Position numbers and translations under genes: made by a program
In this document: positions 12,701-27,700 of the stretch, in pieces
Position numbering within the stretch: the first letter of the stretch is position 1
How the letters are laid out: every line of letters starts with the position of its first letter
Source: Hormiphora californensis
Lineage: Eukaryota > Animalia > Ctenophora
Length of the DNA stretch: 64,000 nt
NCBI GenBank assembly: GCA_020137815.1
Contig: CM035360.1
Coordinates: 1,302,001-1,366,000, forward strand
Direction: 5' to 3'
Notes under the pieces: model-generated
What the model was told of the DNA's origin: nothing
Databases searched by the model: none
What the model saw: the letters and a program-made list of their open reading frames with translations, nothing else

Positions 12701-15700
12701 GTGTGTGCGGATAACGTAGCCCCGTCATCTGTAGTCGACTCACACGGTCACCCGCTTTGCCAGACCAAGAAGATCCTCTCAAAACTACCCATTTGTAGCA
12801 AAGCACAACTCAAAACAGATCGGGTGAAGAACTCTCATTTGACATGCCTGACAGAGGAGGAGAAACAGGAACTAAAACTGCCAACATGCCAGCCTAACCA
12901 GGCCTCCAAGAACAGTGTTGACGGTACTAAAGTGTGTCTTGGCCCAGACGGAAGGAGTCCCTCATCCTGTCTTTGGTTGGATCACCTCTATCACGCGGGA
13001 GAGGTCCACACTTCATGTGGACCAGTTCTACCCGTATGTAGCAGCAGTAGTAACACCAATGAGGAGACTATTGGGCATGTAGACTACCGGCCACCAAGGC
13101 TTCCCAGCCAGTGCGGTGGGTTTGTGTTACCGGTGTGTGGTGAGAATACATCACCATCCCAGGTTGTGGATAAAGACGGGAGAAAGCTTTGTCAGGTCAA
13201 GTCTGCGCTTTTGAAGTTGCCAACGTGCAAATCAGAACAGCTTCGATCTCGTAACAAAAACTCGGTTTTAACTTGTCTGACAGATGAAGAGAAGAAGGAG
13301 TTGAAGCTACCAGTCTGTAACAAAATCCAGTCCCCACTAGACAAGAAGGGTAATGCCATTTGTAGGAGCTATCGATACCAAGAAGACTCGGCCGGAAAAT
13401 CTTGCCTATGGTACGAGAGTCTATTTGAAACCCGTCTGAAAAGAAAGACTTGTCAAAAGAAGAGTACGCTATTGGAGCTTCCAATTTGTGGAAAGGAAAC
13501 TGGAGCATCACGTGTCAAAAACTCATCGTTTACGTGTCTAACCGCTGATGAGAAGACCCAAATAACCCTCCCTAACTGCACCAAGGACAAATCGGAGAAT
13601 GACAAATCTGGAAAGAGAGTTTGTCGGAAAACTAATGATACAAAAACCTGTCTCCGGTTTGAAGATGACGTAGATCATAAGCAACCGAAAAAGTGCAGAA
13701 AACCGGTAAAATCCTGCAAAGAAATCCAAGGTGAAGTAGACTGGTGGACGCTCCTGCTGAGGAAACAAAACCGTCGGCAAAATGTCCGAAATGATCTCCT
13801 CATTTCTGTGTTTGACTTTGTCTCCGATGACGAAAAGTCCTGCTTGAAGATTGAGCAAATGGATGAGCTTTTGGAGGAAGTGGAGAAAGTCTGTACACCA
13901 TTTGGACCGGAGTTGGTGATGTATGGTAAGGTGAAGGAGTACGAAGCAACCCATCCCATGAGCCCCAACGCGGTAACCTGGGGTTATGGTGAGGTCTCTA
14001 TCGGAACACGGACCGGCAAGTTTGATCTTCACTCATCTCAAGCAGTTATTTCAGATGCCAAAACAAGGAGATCTCGTGTGGTGAAGAAAGTTACCCAAGC
14101 AGCAGTGAGACCCCTAAAAGGTCAAGTGACTGGGAAGTTTCTTGTCATCGAGCGATACTTTGTATTGACTAAATTCAATCTGAAGTTTGTAAACAGGTAC
14201 AGTTGGGAGCTCCATCTCCTGAGGACATCATCAAAGTTCGCCTTTCCAGGGATTGTTACCTTCAAGAAACTGACCTGGCCATCCAAGTACAGGCATTTCG
14301 GAGGAGTGAAAATTAATGAAAATGTTAAACTTATGAGACAGCGGATACGGTACTGGAGAGCTGATAAACGGAAGACAAATGTTGTAAAAGTTGTTCAAGC
14401 TGTACTAACGGGAAGCACCAAGAATCTGGTGATATACCATTTTGGGGATAGTCTGGGAAACAAAAAACGAGTTCTGGACTACTGGATTTTCAAAGTAACA
14501 ACCTCAGAGATGCATGTTATACAGTCGATGGGAATAAATGACGCCTTATGGAGGGACAAGATCACAGAAACCAAACACAAATGGAGTGTCGGGCATTCAG
14601 TCAAGTATTCGGCACGCCGGATCGTTGGGAAATCTTCAACCGGACGGTGGATGGGATTTGTGAAGTTCGATGAACGGAAAATGAAAGGTGTTCTCAAAAA
14701 GCTATCTAAACACAAAGCAGTCAACATCAAGGTTGATATGGAGGCTTTTGTGGTTATTGGTTTCCAGAAGTCTGGGTCAGACGTCCACACCCGGAAACAC
14801 GCCGAGGCTTTCCAAGAACAGTTTGTAGGACAAACAAGTAAGCAGTCCTACAGAAAGGTTGTCCTGGCTTTATCTCACAATACCGATGAGAAAAAGTGGA
14901 ACAAGTTGACTGTTCTAACGAGGCGAAAGAAAGACTTTGTAATTCATCTGGCGAGGCTTTCCGACAGTAAAATCGATACCAAAACTACAAAACACGTTCA
15001 TCGAAAAGCTCATTTCAAGTTCATTATTCTCCGCAATATTGTCATTGTCCAGACTGCGACGCACAAGGTTGAATCCAAGTACCACAACAAACACTTGGCA
15101 GCAGTTGCTGGAAGCACCGGACTGGTTGACGGTATAGGTCGAGCTGTTACTATTACCCAACACCAACTTCAGACGAGCTCTGATTTCCAGATCCGATACA
15201 AAGTAAAATGCTTTTGTAGACGGAATAGCTTGAAAAAGGCTGAAATCTTTAAGAAGATGGTCCTGGGAGCTGCAGTCAGAAAAAGCTACAAGTCTTCCGG
15301 AAAGATCATTCGCATCAAAATTTCCACGGTGAAACGTGAGCAGAAGATGCAGCTTGGTATGAGGTCTAGAAATGTCTACGTTGCAGTAAAAAAGAGGTCA
15401 AATCAATGGGAAGTGGATGTTAATTTCATTGAAACCAAAATGGAAGTGTTCAAGAGCATTCAACTTGCAGTAACTCAAGGATCTAGAGAAGAACCACGTC
15501 ACAGAGTGAAAGGGTTGATATTCAGAGCTAAAAGGAGGAAACTGCGCCATGGAACGTCCTCATCTCTACTGATAGGCCCTAAAATCCGACAGAGAGTTCT
15601 CGTAACTACAAAGCAAGTTGGAGTCAAGATCTCAAAAAGTGCGGAGATCGATTCATTTGTTGTCACTACTGGTGCAAAGTCGTTGTCTCTGTCGAAAAAA

Positions 15701-18700
15701 GCAAGGGTTTTCATTTTGACGCTTGTAATCACGACTGAGACTGTCTTTAACAAGTTCGAGTTCAGGAAAGTCAGGATTGAGCTAAAAACAGGGCTCGCAA
15801 TAGAAAAAGGGAAGAAGTTCCTCATTACAGGGAGAGCGAGACATTCCCCACTACCACTTCACGGATCAAGGCGAGTGTACGTCGCTAAGCAACGCGTTTC
15901 GGCTGAATTAGAGGAGGTTGTAGCCGGAGCTACCTCAGCTCTAACAACGAAAACCATTAATTTCTTCCAAATCAAAACGGTGCATGATCGAGTCGTTTCG
16001 AAACACCTCACATTTGTAACCAGCAAGTTGTTCTCGGCTGGTGACCAGCGTATAAGAGTGGAACTCCACAAGATCGGTCACAAGAGGTTTTCTGACAAAC
16101 ATCGCGTCACTGACGACAAAAGGAAAGTAATTTATCTGTTTGACCACGCAACAACTAAAGTTGGGTATCACCAGCAGCGTGGAACCGGAAGGTCCATTCA
16201 AAACCGGTTCAAATTTGTTAGACACGACATTCTTGAGATCAGTGGAGCTGGTACTATGATTCAGTACGTCCTCCTTTACAAGGGATCTTTCCAGAAGCGA
16301 GACGGCGGTCTCCTTCTTTTCACTTTCCACTCCAAAGTTGGATATTTCATTGCTAAACACCGGGCAATTAAACTAAAATTGATCACACTGAAACTCTCCA
16401 GTGACGCAAAACAGGACAACACAATGAAACTCATTGCTGTTAACCGACCCAAAGCACTTCTCATAATCCAAGGTGGTCGGAGACATCGTGAAACTAAAAT
16501 CCGACAGCATGTCAGTAAGAAATTTACAAAAGTGTCAATAAAAGTGTCCGAGTCACGAGACATGGGACCATTTGCAGTTGGTAGTCGGATAAAGGACGAC
16601 TCAAAGAAAGTGTGGAAGCTCCAACAGGGCAAGGTCCACGATGCCATGTTTGTTGGACAAAAGATGAAGTTAACCCAACCTGACAGGAGTGTGAAACTGC
16701 GACATAAAACTTCTAAATCTCACACCATCAAGAAACATCTGGGAAGGAACGTGATATACAGAATGAAAATTGTCCACCAGTTGTCTCGACACGTTGCTAA
16801 GATACGGCTGCGTTCAAGGCAGGTTATCGTTACCATGGCAACGTTGGTACCGAGTGGAAGGTTCAAGGAAACATTCAGCTCAATTGAAGCTCTGTCTCTG
16901 AAGACGAGGTTCCATTTAAAGATTATTAGAGGAGTTGCTGTACTCGCTCAGTCCACTAGAACTGACGAAAAGAAGGTGAAAAGATCTAAGCTTGGACTGA
17001 AAATTAAGCGGTTGAGTTCTAGCAAAGGAAAGGAACACAAGTATACGCAAAACGGCAGGACTTTTGTTGAAAAGAGTAGTTTGTTGAGTTTCCTTTCTCG
17101 CCACAAATCTCAAACTGTGCCAAAAACGTTCAGGACCATGTTGATTCGAGATGCATTCTTTATAATCTCTCACCGCAGAAGAAGTCTGGTTACCTTTCAT
17201 CACGTTCACCGAGAATTCTTGGTTACCATGGTAACCACACGAGGCTATCTTAGCTCCCGACCATTGTTTTTCCAAGACTCTGCAAAGCGACTCAGTGGGT
17301 TGATTTTGACTGAAATCCGAGGAGCATACTCTTCATGGCAGCTGACAAAAGGAACAGGTCCGAATCTCCCGGCTACAGATCGATCTCTCACAGCCGCTCA
17401 TCAATTGAAGGTTCTGGCAGTGGTGAGAGTTGTTGGCGAGTCAAAGATGCGGAGTTATGATAGGGCTCTTACCACAATTCGTCATTATACGAAATCGCTT
17501 GTGGTAGCTAAGACTAAAGTGAAGCTATCCGGATCGAGCGAACTTTCAACTGAGTTGTCTGTCACGGCAACGCTTAAAGATGTGTCAACGAGAGCAGTAG
17601 GGAAACAACGAGGGCGAGCGGGAGATGTTTTATCCCAAATTACAACATCAAAAACCAGTAAAGTACCCCGGTCAAAGATTGTCAGTACTCGAGGGAAGAC
17701 TAAGGAACCGGCTGGATACAAATCACTCCGAATGAACTTGGTTATTAAAGTTATGGAAACTGAGATGATCTCAAGGTTGATAGACTCGAAACCAGCTTTA
17801 TCTTCAAGCACTCTGCTGGTGAAGTTTGAACTTGTGGCTGCTTACAAAGCTCTCAAAACATCAAAACAAAAGAGTTCCATAATCAAGGATCCCCTCAAGA
17901 GCATGACAGTGAAAACGTCTCTTGCAAGTGACAGCCACTTTATCTCCCAGCCGTGTCTAAAGTTCACCACTATTGTGCTTCATCGTGATGACTACAGTCC
18001 TGATACCATGCTCCAAACTGGCACCTCCTCCCTTCAACACAGAGAATAAAGAGTTCAGGGAGCTCAGTGAGAGGAGTTGTGGACGAGGAATGAGTCTCTA
18101 CCCAATAGTACCATTCTCTGATGACAGAGAATCGGAGGTTCTACCCCCTTGCAAGGAACCTGTTCCAGATGATGATGATGGTGAAGATGATGAGTGTGAA
18201 GATGGAGATGACGAGGAAGAAAAGTCTAAGAAGGCGGGTAAACCTCCTGCAAAGGGCGGTATGGGCGGATCTGGTATGAGCGGATCTGGTATGGGCGGAT
18301 CTGGAATGGGCGGTACTGTACCAGGAGGTATGGGTTCAAAATCAAAAACTCCACCGCCTCCAAAGAAGTGCAAGAAACGCCGACCCCATTCCCTACCGTC
18401 TCCACCGACCCCGCCGTGCAAACCAAAACCAAGATCTCTTCCACTATGTCTACCCTTCAAAACCCCGAAACTTCCACTTGAATGCGGTAGAATGTTGCCC
18501 GTTTGTACTAGGACTGATCCACCGAACGGAGTGGATGAGAACGGAAACAGAGTGTGCCAAACAAAAGACGGTCTTCTAAAGTTACCAATGTGTAAAGAGC
18601 ACCAAATAGGCTTGAGGAGACTGAAAAACTCAGCTCTCGCTTGTGTAATCCCAGAGGAAAAGGCTCAGCTGACACTCCCCGAGTGTAGGAAGGATCAGTC

Positions 18701-21700
18701 ACCCAGAGCGAAGAACGGGAAACAGGTGTGTTGGAGGGACAATGGATCCAGTAAATCGTGTCTTAGGTTGATCGATATGACATTAACTGAACCGGAGGCC
18801 CCTCCTGAGAACTGCGGACCGGTTCTCCCAACATGTATGGAGGGAATCGATCCTAAAAATGGAATGGATAATACCGGTGTCGTGGTGTGCCAAACAAAAT
18901 CCAAATTGAAGAAACTTCCAGTATGTAAGGAAAACCAAAAGGGTGCAAAGCGAATAAAGAATGGCTTCCTTACATGTCTCACTGGGCCTGAAAAGAACCA
19001 ACTGACCCTACCGGTTTGCAAGAAAGACCAGCACCCTGAAAACAAGACTGGAAAAGTTTGTCGGACACCCGAAGATGATGAGAAATCCTGTCTCTGGCAC
19101 CGAACCATATTCTCCATCCCAGAGTGCAGATTGCCTGACAAGGTCCAGAAACTCTTGGGACCATCTTACGTCCCATACTGTGAAGCTGGCGAGGTACCTT
19201 CCTGTAAAATACCGGGCGATCACATCTTCATGGGACCACAATTTAGTTTCCTCCCCGATTGTCCTGATAGAAGCATTCTTCCACCTCCACCTCCACCACC
19301 TCCCTGCAGACCGGCGGCTGCAATGCCTAACGCAAAGAACGAGAAACTACCCGTCTGCAAACCAACTTGTAGAGATGCAGCTGCCATGGTAACGCCGAAA
19401 AACAAAAGTCTGCCTGTTTATGAGAAGAAACTAAAATGTCGGGCTGTAACTGAGAAAGTTACAGACAAGAACAAGGAATGGCCAATCTGTGCTGTAAAGA
19501 AGGTCCACTGCCGACCTAGGAGATCATATCACCATGGTTACGAAGAAAAGCAACCGCCAATCCAACCAAAAGATACCGTTGTTGCAAAGATTAGGTCCTG
19601 TACCAAAGCAGAAGTTAAGCTAATCATCACAATGACAAAGGATAACGAGGAGAAACGGTGTCAGAAGGTCGAGTACGAGTGCCACCCTAAAACACCATAC
19701 AAACATCCTGAGCTATTTGCCGGTCTGGAGAAGGCATTCCACTATTGTCACAGATCAGATCGGTCTCATTACCAGGGATTGTTCCGGAGACGTTGCAGTA
19801 GAGGAATCATGGTAACCATGGATACGACTGATACACACATTGACAGTTTGGGTGATAGCGTTGCTGAAAAGAAGATGATGGCCCATATTGTGAGGATAAA
19901 GAGGCTCTACCAGGGGACTGGAAAAGTAACTGTGTCAAGATGGATTTCAGCCAGCACGAAAATGAAAACTCTCCAAAAACGAAAGCCAGTACTAAAACTA
20001 AACACCAAGTACCAAGCAGGCTTTAGTGTCGTTGAGGTTGTTCAGCTGGGCTCAACTAAACTAACTGGAATCAAAAAGGCAGTATCAGTAGACTTCCTCC
20101 TGATCAGTTCTGGAGACAAGGTTACCCCGATAGTCATGGCAACCGTGTCAGTCCAGAGAGATGAAACGACCAGAGGACACAATTTGAAGCTGGCAATGAC
20201 ATCACACCTCCGGAGATTGATTCGACATGACCAAATGACCAAGTATCTCATCAGTGAAAATGAATTCAAGTACGCTTTGAGCAGGGAGATCATCACCCTT
20301 GGAATATTATCAGACTTAGAGGAGAGTTTTGTGGTGACAACCAAAATCAAACACGATAGCTACCAAACCAGGGGTGTTCAAAGAGCGATAAGTGTTAGAA
20401 AGATTGGACCAGTTACAACGCTCAAGGTTACTAAATACCGTGAGATTAAATTTGCCACTGGGACTAGAAGACGAGATGAGGTGAAACAGAAGAGTGTCAC
20501 TTTGCTAGTTTCAGTGAGTTCATACAGCTTGGATTTCCGAGGGTTTAGAAAGTTTGCAAAGCAAGACACTACCATCAAGATTATTTCAACTGATCCGGAA
20601 CCGAAACTGACATCAGAACCTTTGCATCCCTTCCTTTTGGATCAATCCCACGGCCTCCAAGAATTAGGATCCACCAAGCAACAACGAGTAACAGTTTCCT
20701 ATCACGGCGTCTCAACCTGTGGATACATCCTTCACGATCAGGCGGACTTCCTGGTCGTCCGGTACCAGTTTCTAAATGAACCGCAGTACGTTGTGGGTGG
20801 TCTGGGTGAGGAGGGACTGCACTTCACAACAGAGTCCAGAGAACGGAGAACATATGTGACGAGAGTGCAGAATGTTGCTCACCTCTCCTGTTGGAACCCC
20901 TTGTTTGTGGGACTGAAAGCGGGTTCAGTGGCACCTTGTAGCTACAGTCCAGACGACCCCTACCACCCATCACATTGAGCTCACAATAATCCACCACTCA
21001 TCGCTCACTCTAACGCCCATTATTCGTGTTCACCCTCATCTCAAGCCTTCTCACGGCATCCTTCACCGTTCACATCGAGTTGAGGTGTCGGTGTCATCTG
21101 ACACCCTCCCTGAGTTCCCCCAGCCGGGTCAAGTTGCAATCCTGTCTGTCCGTCCCAGAAGTGTTGTTCTGAGGTCTGTTCGTGTGTACCGTTCACCGTA
21201 TTCGGTGTTCCGGGTAAAAAATATTGCTCGCGGGGAGTTGAAACCAGATCAGGTAGAGTTAAATGGACATACGGTAAGTGTTTTCGCTCGAATGAAAATG
21301 ACTTGTGATGTGATCAGACCGGGTTCACAAACATTCTTCCTAATTAGAGGACAAGAAAGGAGATTTGATCGATGAGTACAGGTCTAAGTCCGAGGGGCCA
21401 GGTCCCTCTGACCTCTACCACGTCAAACAATTCCTCTTTTTGAAACAGACTCGCATCAGAGTGCACACTATCGCTCCAGTAATCTCCTGTCAAAGAGTCT
21501 TCCCCTTCCAGAAAGACCTGCTACACTCCAAAGCTCGAACATCTGCCGAGTCTATCGTGAAAGTCGGCCGAGTTGAATCCTCAAAATCAGCGGAAATTGA
21601 CAGCTTCGTTGTTGAAACGAAAGCGAAAGATTCGTCGCTCAAAGTTGTCGTCTACATCCGCGATCAATCCTGGGTAAAAAGATACACCGGAGCATCATCA

Positions 21701-24700
21701 AAGATTCATCCCCAGGTTATGAAACTCCATCTCCAGGCAACCTTTACCAAGACTCACAAGATCAAGTACCTTTATCTTAGGCAAAGATACATAACACCGA
21801 TTATGGCCGTTGAAAAGACTCAATCTTTAAAACGGTTATCGTCTGGCAAAGCACTTTTGAGACTTCGAGGAAGGATCAGCAAAGAGGAGGCAGAATTCAA
21901 CACAGTGGTTTAAATTTGATATCTTCGGGTCACTTGAAAGTACTCTTGTTCTCCGTCATTCCTCAAGAGGCTCAGCTAGAAAACGACGGATTTGTTTCTG
22001 GGAAATTCACAATCGTAAAACCTGACGATAAGAGCATTCAAATTCTTGGACACTCTTTTGGAAGGAATCACAAAGTGAAGTCCTTTGTCTACTTCACGGC
22101 GAAATTACACAAAATCAGAGCACTTGAGCGTCATATTGTAAGAAAAATCGATGCTCACACCAAATCCATTGAGAAACCAAGACCGTGGCTAACTGGTCGT
22201 TGGAAGGTGAATCGAATCTTATAGATTTACCTCCACCATGTCCCAAAAAGAGGGAAAGATTTTAGTATTTGTCAATGGGGCAATGAGACGCACTTTTACG
22301 ACTAAAGGTGGCCTAAAGCTTGGAAAACTGGTCAGAAAAACCATCGATTCGCTATCATCGAAAGAGTCTAGTTCCCACACTCTATCCTTGAAGTCATCCC
22401 TCGATACATTCTCCTGGATAGATAAATCTTGGGTAAGGTATAATGTGGGAGAAGCAATTAAAACCTCCTACAAACGTTCCAAAGTTGATACGACAATAAA
22501 AACTAAGGAAGCTGCGGAGTCGGACATCTTTGTGACTGAAGGAAGTATCAAAGACAATGGTCGAGACATGTTCAGACTGCTGCGGAGAAACATTTTTACG
22601 ACAGTGAACCACAAGGGAGTCTCAAAACTTTTCAAAGTGGACTTCATCAACAAAGGATTAGCCTCAAAAACATCCAAGAGTCATAAGATGAAACACATCA
22701 ACGCAATAGTAAACGTTCTCTTCAAGGATCTTCACCAGAAACACCACTTTGTTTTCAGACGACTCTCTGTTGCCATGGGGATTACAGTTACTAAAGCTCA
22801 GCTCGCAGGGATGACTTCTAAACGAGGCATACTCCAGGTTACCGATACGATAACTCACAGCGAGAGGGTGATAACAAAACACAGTCAGCTAGTCGAGGTT
22901 ATCCAATGGAGAGCTTCTGGAAATGTTAACTTCGACAAACTTGTTCGGCAAAAAGTAACGAAAACATCGTCCGAAAAGGAAAACAAGAAGATGATAACAT
23001 ACTTTGGAGAGCAGAATCTAAGAGCAAAACCAGAGACCCTGGACAAATTTGGAAAGGCAATCACAGGTGGAAAGACCATTCATCGTCAAAAGTATCTCCT
23101 CGAGTTTGCATTTTGGGTGTTTTCAGAGCGAAGCGGATCTTTCACTCAACTGACCCAGTCAACTGGAGCGTTCCATGTGCAGAGGGTGCACTCAAAAGAC
23201 TTTATAGCACTTCGTGGAGCTTTCTTTTACAGAGGCGCAGCCCGGAAAACTCAAGTTTCGCTAGAAGTTAGTCTTGTGCTAGTAGGGTATAGTATACAAC
23301 TTGATACATACCCCTACGATCTTCCCACGACTTTTATCACGCGTAAACCAGGCCATACAGTTGAAAGTATCCGAATGCGATTGATGACTAAGTTTAGTCT
23401 CAAAGATAAGGGTCTAATAGCGTTCTTCGAGCACCGAGGTAAAATGACCTACAACCAACATAGGATAGTTTACAAGTTGCTACAAAGCAAGAGGGAACAG
23501 GACAGCTTTGTTGTCACTACAAAGATTTTCGACGAAAGTTCCAAAATGTTTGGAAAACAACGTGGAAGAGCCGGCTGGGAAATGCTGGTAGGAACGAAAA
23601 TTGTTCCCAAGAAGCTCGGGCCACACAAGATTGTAGGATTCCGAACTAAAACTTTATCGCCTCCGGGACACAAGTTCGTTTTCAAGCACATTGTAGACGT
23701 TACTCCAAACATTATCTTGGACAGAACGATTGCCGTGAAACCAGACGCAAAAACCAGCTCGAAGTTTTGGTCTCCAAATCCAATCCCATCTCTGGGGGAA
23801 ACAAAACCGACGCTTATTTTTGGATCAACTGGACTGGTACCTAGGGACGTCTACCGGATAAAAACTGGCACTGAAATTATCCTGAGTGGAAAATCAAGGG
23901 CATGCAAGGCTATAAGATTTGACCAGAAAGCCCCATTGACCATCCCACCGTGGAGAAACATCGGGTGCAAAGGTCCGAGACAAGTAATGGTAACTCAGAA
24001 GAGCGTAGCGAGATCAAGTAAGCTGTGCCGATGTCTGAGGCGACCAAAAAGTGAAGACTCGCCAGCAGATGAGGCGGTTTTCTCAGTTTTACCAGAGTTG
24101 AGTTGTTCAAGTTTGGATTCCCAACTAGACATGAAATGTCGAGAGCTCCCATGCACACCACCCTGTGCAAAAGGTTGTGACACGTGCACCCGCGGGTACT
24201 GTAATGTTAATGGGTGCTATCAGAAGTTGTGTAGCTCACAGTCGGTGAGAGATGGGACGTGTGATGACTCAAAATGTAATGAGAAACTTGTCGTGCAGGG
24301 AAAATGTAAAAATTTGTCACCTAGTGAGACCTGCGTGAGTAGGATGTGCTCAGCAGATAACAACACCTGCTACAAAAGAATAAGAATGAAGTGTGCCAGA
24401 CCTGATAGCAGCGGAAAATGTAACCAGGACAAACCGTGCTCTGCAATTGAAATCTATGCAGGTAAATGTGTATCTGTCGAATGTAACAAACTTCCAGACG
24501 GTTGTCTGAACTCCAAAGTGAAAGGATACGAAAGCTGGAACACGCCAGTCCCGAGTGAAAGATGCAGAGGTTCCACGGAGGAAGAGTTTTGTGCCAGAGA
24601 CGGCAGTTCCAAGTCATGTAACCGTGGTTACTGCACGAATGCTGCGTGTTACCAGCGAATCTGCTCCCAGAACGAACTAGACAACGGAGATTGCAATGAC

Positions 24701-27700
24701 GAAACTTGTAACGAAGATCTTGCGAGGGAAGGGAAATGCAGGAAACTCTCAGTGCACCAATGTTCCAGTATCCCCAATGTGTAAGGGAGGTAGATGCTAC
24801 AAGAGGGTAAAATGTGGCAGCAACAATAAGACGTGTAGCCAAAAGAAAACTTGTTCCAAGTGTTGAGATAGCTAACGGTAACTGTGTCATAATACCATGT
24901 AGTGAGATGGAAACTACACGGCCGTCTGACACTAAATCTTGTCAGGATCAACCCTACTCGTGAGATCATCACATGCCCGAAGGACAAGTTAGTTCTCTGT
25001 ACCGGTGAGGGGTCTTCTACAACCAAAACTTGCTTACGAGGCTCGTGTAATAGGGACGGCTGCTACCAGCGTACTTTATAGGAACAAGGATGATGATGGG
25101 GAGGATTCCTCTGCGTGTAATGATACACTGGTGAAACAAGGAAAGTGTATCAGACTACCATGTAGTGATGTTCCCGTGTCTGAAATGTGCCAGGATAACA
25201 GCTGCTACAAGAGGATCAAGTGCTCAAACCCGGACAAAAATGGAAGCTGTGAACAAACGAAACCTTGCTCTACCGTAGAGGTAAAAACAGGGGCTTGTAA
25301 AGTTGTGGAATGCTCATCCATTATTTTCTCTACCTCTTCGAAAACAAAGTCTTGTAAGAATGTAAAAACTCCTAGCAACCCATGCGGCCTTTCGGAAGAG
25401 TCCACTTTGGAAGACATCTCAAGCTGCAGGACCTACGACTTATACAACTGTCGTCTACAGGTCCTTATTGTCATTAGATTCCTTGGTTTGGATGAGGGTG
25501 CTGCTACCATACAAGCTGCCAAGACAATCACCCACATCGGAGTGGTGGAATCAAAATGGTTCCTCTCAGCAGGTACAAAAGTTAGCGTTGGAGTCGTACG
25601 ACAACGAGGGGCCGGCGAGAAAGTTGTCACAAGAAAAAAGATCATCGGAGATTCAAATCATCGTTTGCAGTTCCAAGTTGTACAGGTGACCGTCTTGGAT
25701 GGGTCTGACCTGAGAGCCACCAAACCTTCAGTCTCTGTTCAACAGATGATAGTTGTGTCAAAAGGAAAAACGTTGAAGATTACCATTCAAAAAGTGACGA
25801 TTACGACATCAATAAAGACTGGAGGCCATACGATTTACCTGAGACTCTCCTCAAAGCTCTCAAGGACGAAAAGTTACCATGGCTACCTCATTTCCAAACT
25901 GGCTGAAATGGAATCCAAGCACTCTATGTCCAGAAAGGTTATCAAGTTGGGGAAATTCACAAACGAACGAGATTCCTTCGTCGTGACTTCCTTCGCAAAG
26001 GACGAAAGCATCAAAGTTTATGAACGACAATTCTTGGTAAGTTTTACAAGGACTTATCAACAAAGACAAGTAAAGACCACCGAACCAAAACCCATCGTCT
26101 TTAGTACAGCACAGAAAGTAAAGGATTCTGTGTCAGTGAAACAGACTGGTGGGATTCTCCTCTCAAAAACACAGCCGATCCACTTAATTCGACGCCGGGT
26201 GTGGTCGATCGCTGATACCGAAACCAAAGCTCTTTCAATATCAGGCAACGTCCTTAAATCAACCGATAATATGTTGCGAATGTCAATCCAAGACTCTACG
26301 GAACACTACGCAGACAAAATCAAAACTCGCTCTAGTGCTCGGGTATCAAAGATATACGATGTACAAGGTCCATGGCTGTGACGTTGAAGTGGCAACAACT
26401 TCCTCCGATTACCTTGTCATGGATTACCGAGTATTGGAACAGCCCTGACTTTGTCCTCGCTCCCTAGGGGATTTGGATACTTTTACACCAAGGAAAACGT
26501 CCAAGAACGACGACTTCACATTGTGAGATTTGATAAAATCGCAGTGATGTCATCGATATGCCGTCGTCCGCTTCTCCGTCGGGTTGACTGGGAAATGTTC
26601 GAATCGGTAGATGTGACGGGTAAAACACACACTATGACTTATGTTGTCCAGCATCGTGAAATGGCGAGGACCACAATAAGATTCCTAATTCTTCCTGCCC
26701 GGAAATCGTGGACTCAAGCAGTGGTTAGCAGACATAGGATTGTAATTGATCCTTTGCCGAGGGTTGGATCGAAGCTTTTCCTACCCGCAACCACAGCTGC
26801 TTTGACCCCCGGACCTGTCAAATCTTACCTTAACTTTGCAAGTGTTCGAAGGGGATTAAAACCTCTGGTAATAGAAAGGAGGATAGGCCGTGGAGGATTT
26901 ATTGTGGAAGTCAAGGAGAATGAAGGGCATAAGATAGGAGTTTTCGCTGGAATGAAAATGACTTGTGATGTCATCAGACCGGGTTCACATACATTCTTCC
27001 TAATCGAAGACAAGAAAGGTGATTTGATCGATGAGTACAGGTCTAAGTCCGAGGGGCCAGGTCCCTCTGACCTCTACCACGTCAAGCAATTCCTCTTTTT
27101 GAAGCAGACTCGTATCAAAGTTCACACTATCGCTCCAGTAATCTCCTGCCAGAGAGTCTTCCCCTTCCAGAAAGACCTGCTACACTCGAAAGCTCGAACA
27201 TCTGTCGAATCTATCGTCAAAGTTGGTCGAGTTGAATCATCAAAATCAGCCGAAATTGACAGTTTTGTTATTGAAACTAAAATCAAAGATAGTTCGATTA
27301 AAGTTAAAACGGTTATCGGGGATGGAAGTTGGATGAAGAAATACGAAGCAACAAAAGGGGTTCTAAAAGAGCAAAAGCTTCAGCTATTATTCCTTTCAAA
27401 ACATTTCAAAGCTCACAAAATGAAGATCTTTGACAGTGGCCTTTGGAGAAGTGATGTGAGATCTGTTAGACACCTCAAACTTCATCTAAAATTCCATCGC
27501 CTAGCAACGCTAAAGCAAATCAAAGCTCAAAGAAAAAGAATTACTTTTTTGAAAACATCCCACCAAGGTGGGTACATTGTTGCAAGCTTCGGAGAGGTTG
27601 CCTTAGGGTACCAACTTAACGGATTCCTGCGGGGTCGCTCCTTAAAGATATGGACCATTAGGAGCGATGAAACTATTGCCAAGAACAAGATTGTGGTTGT

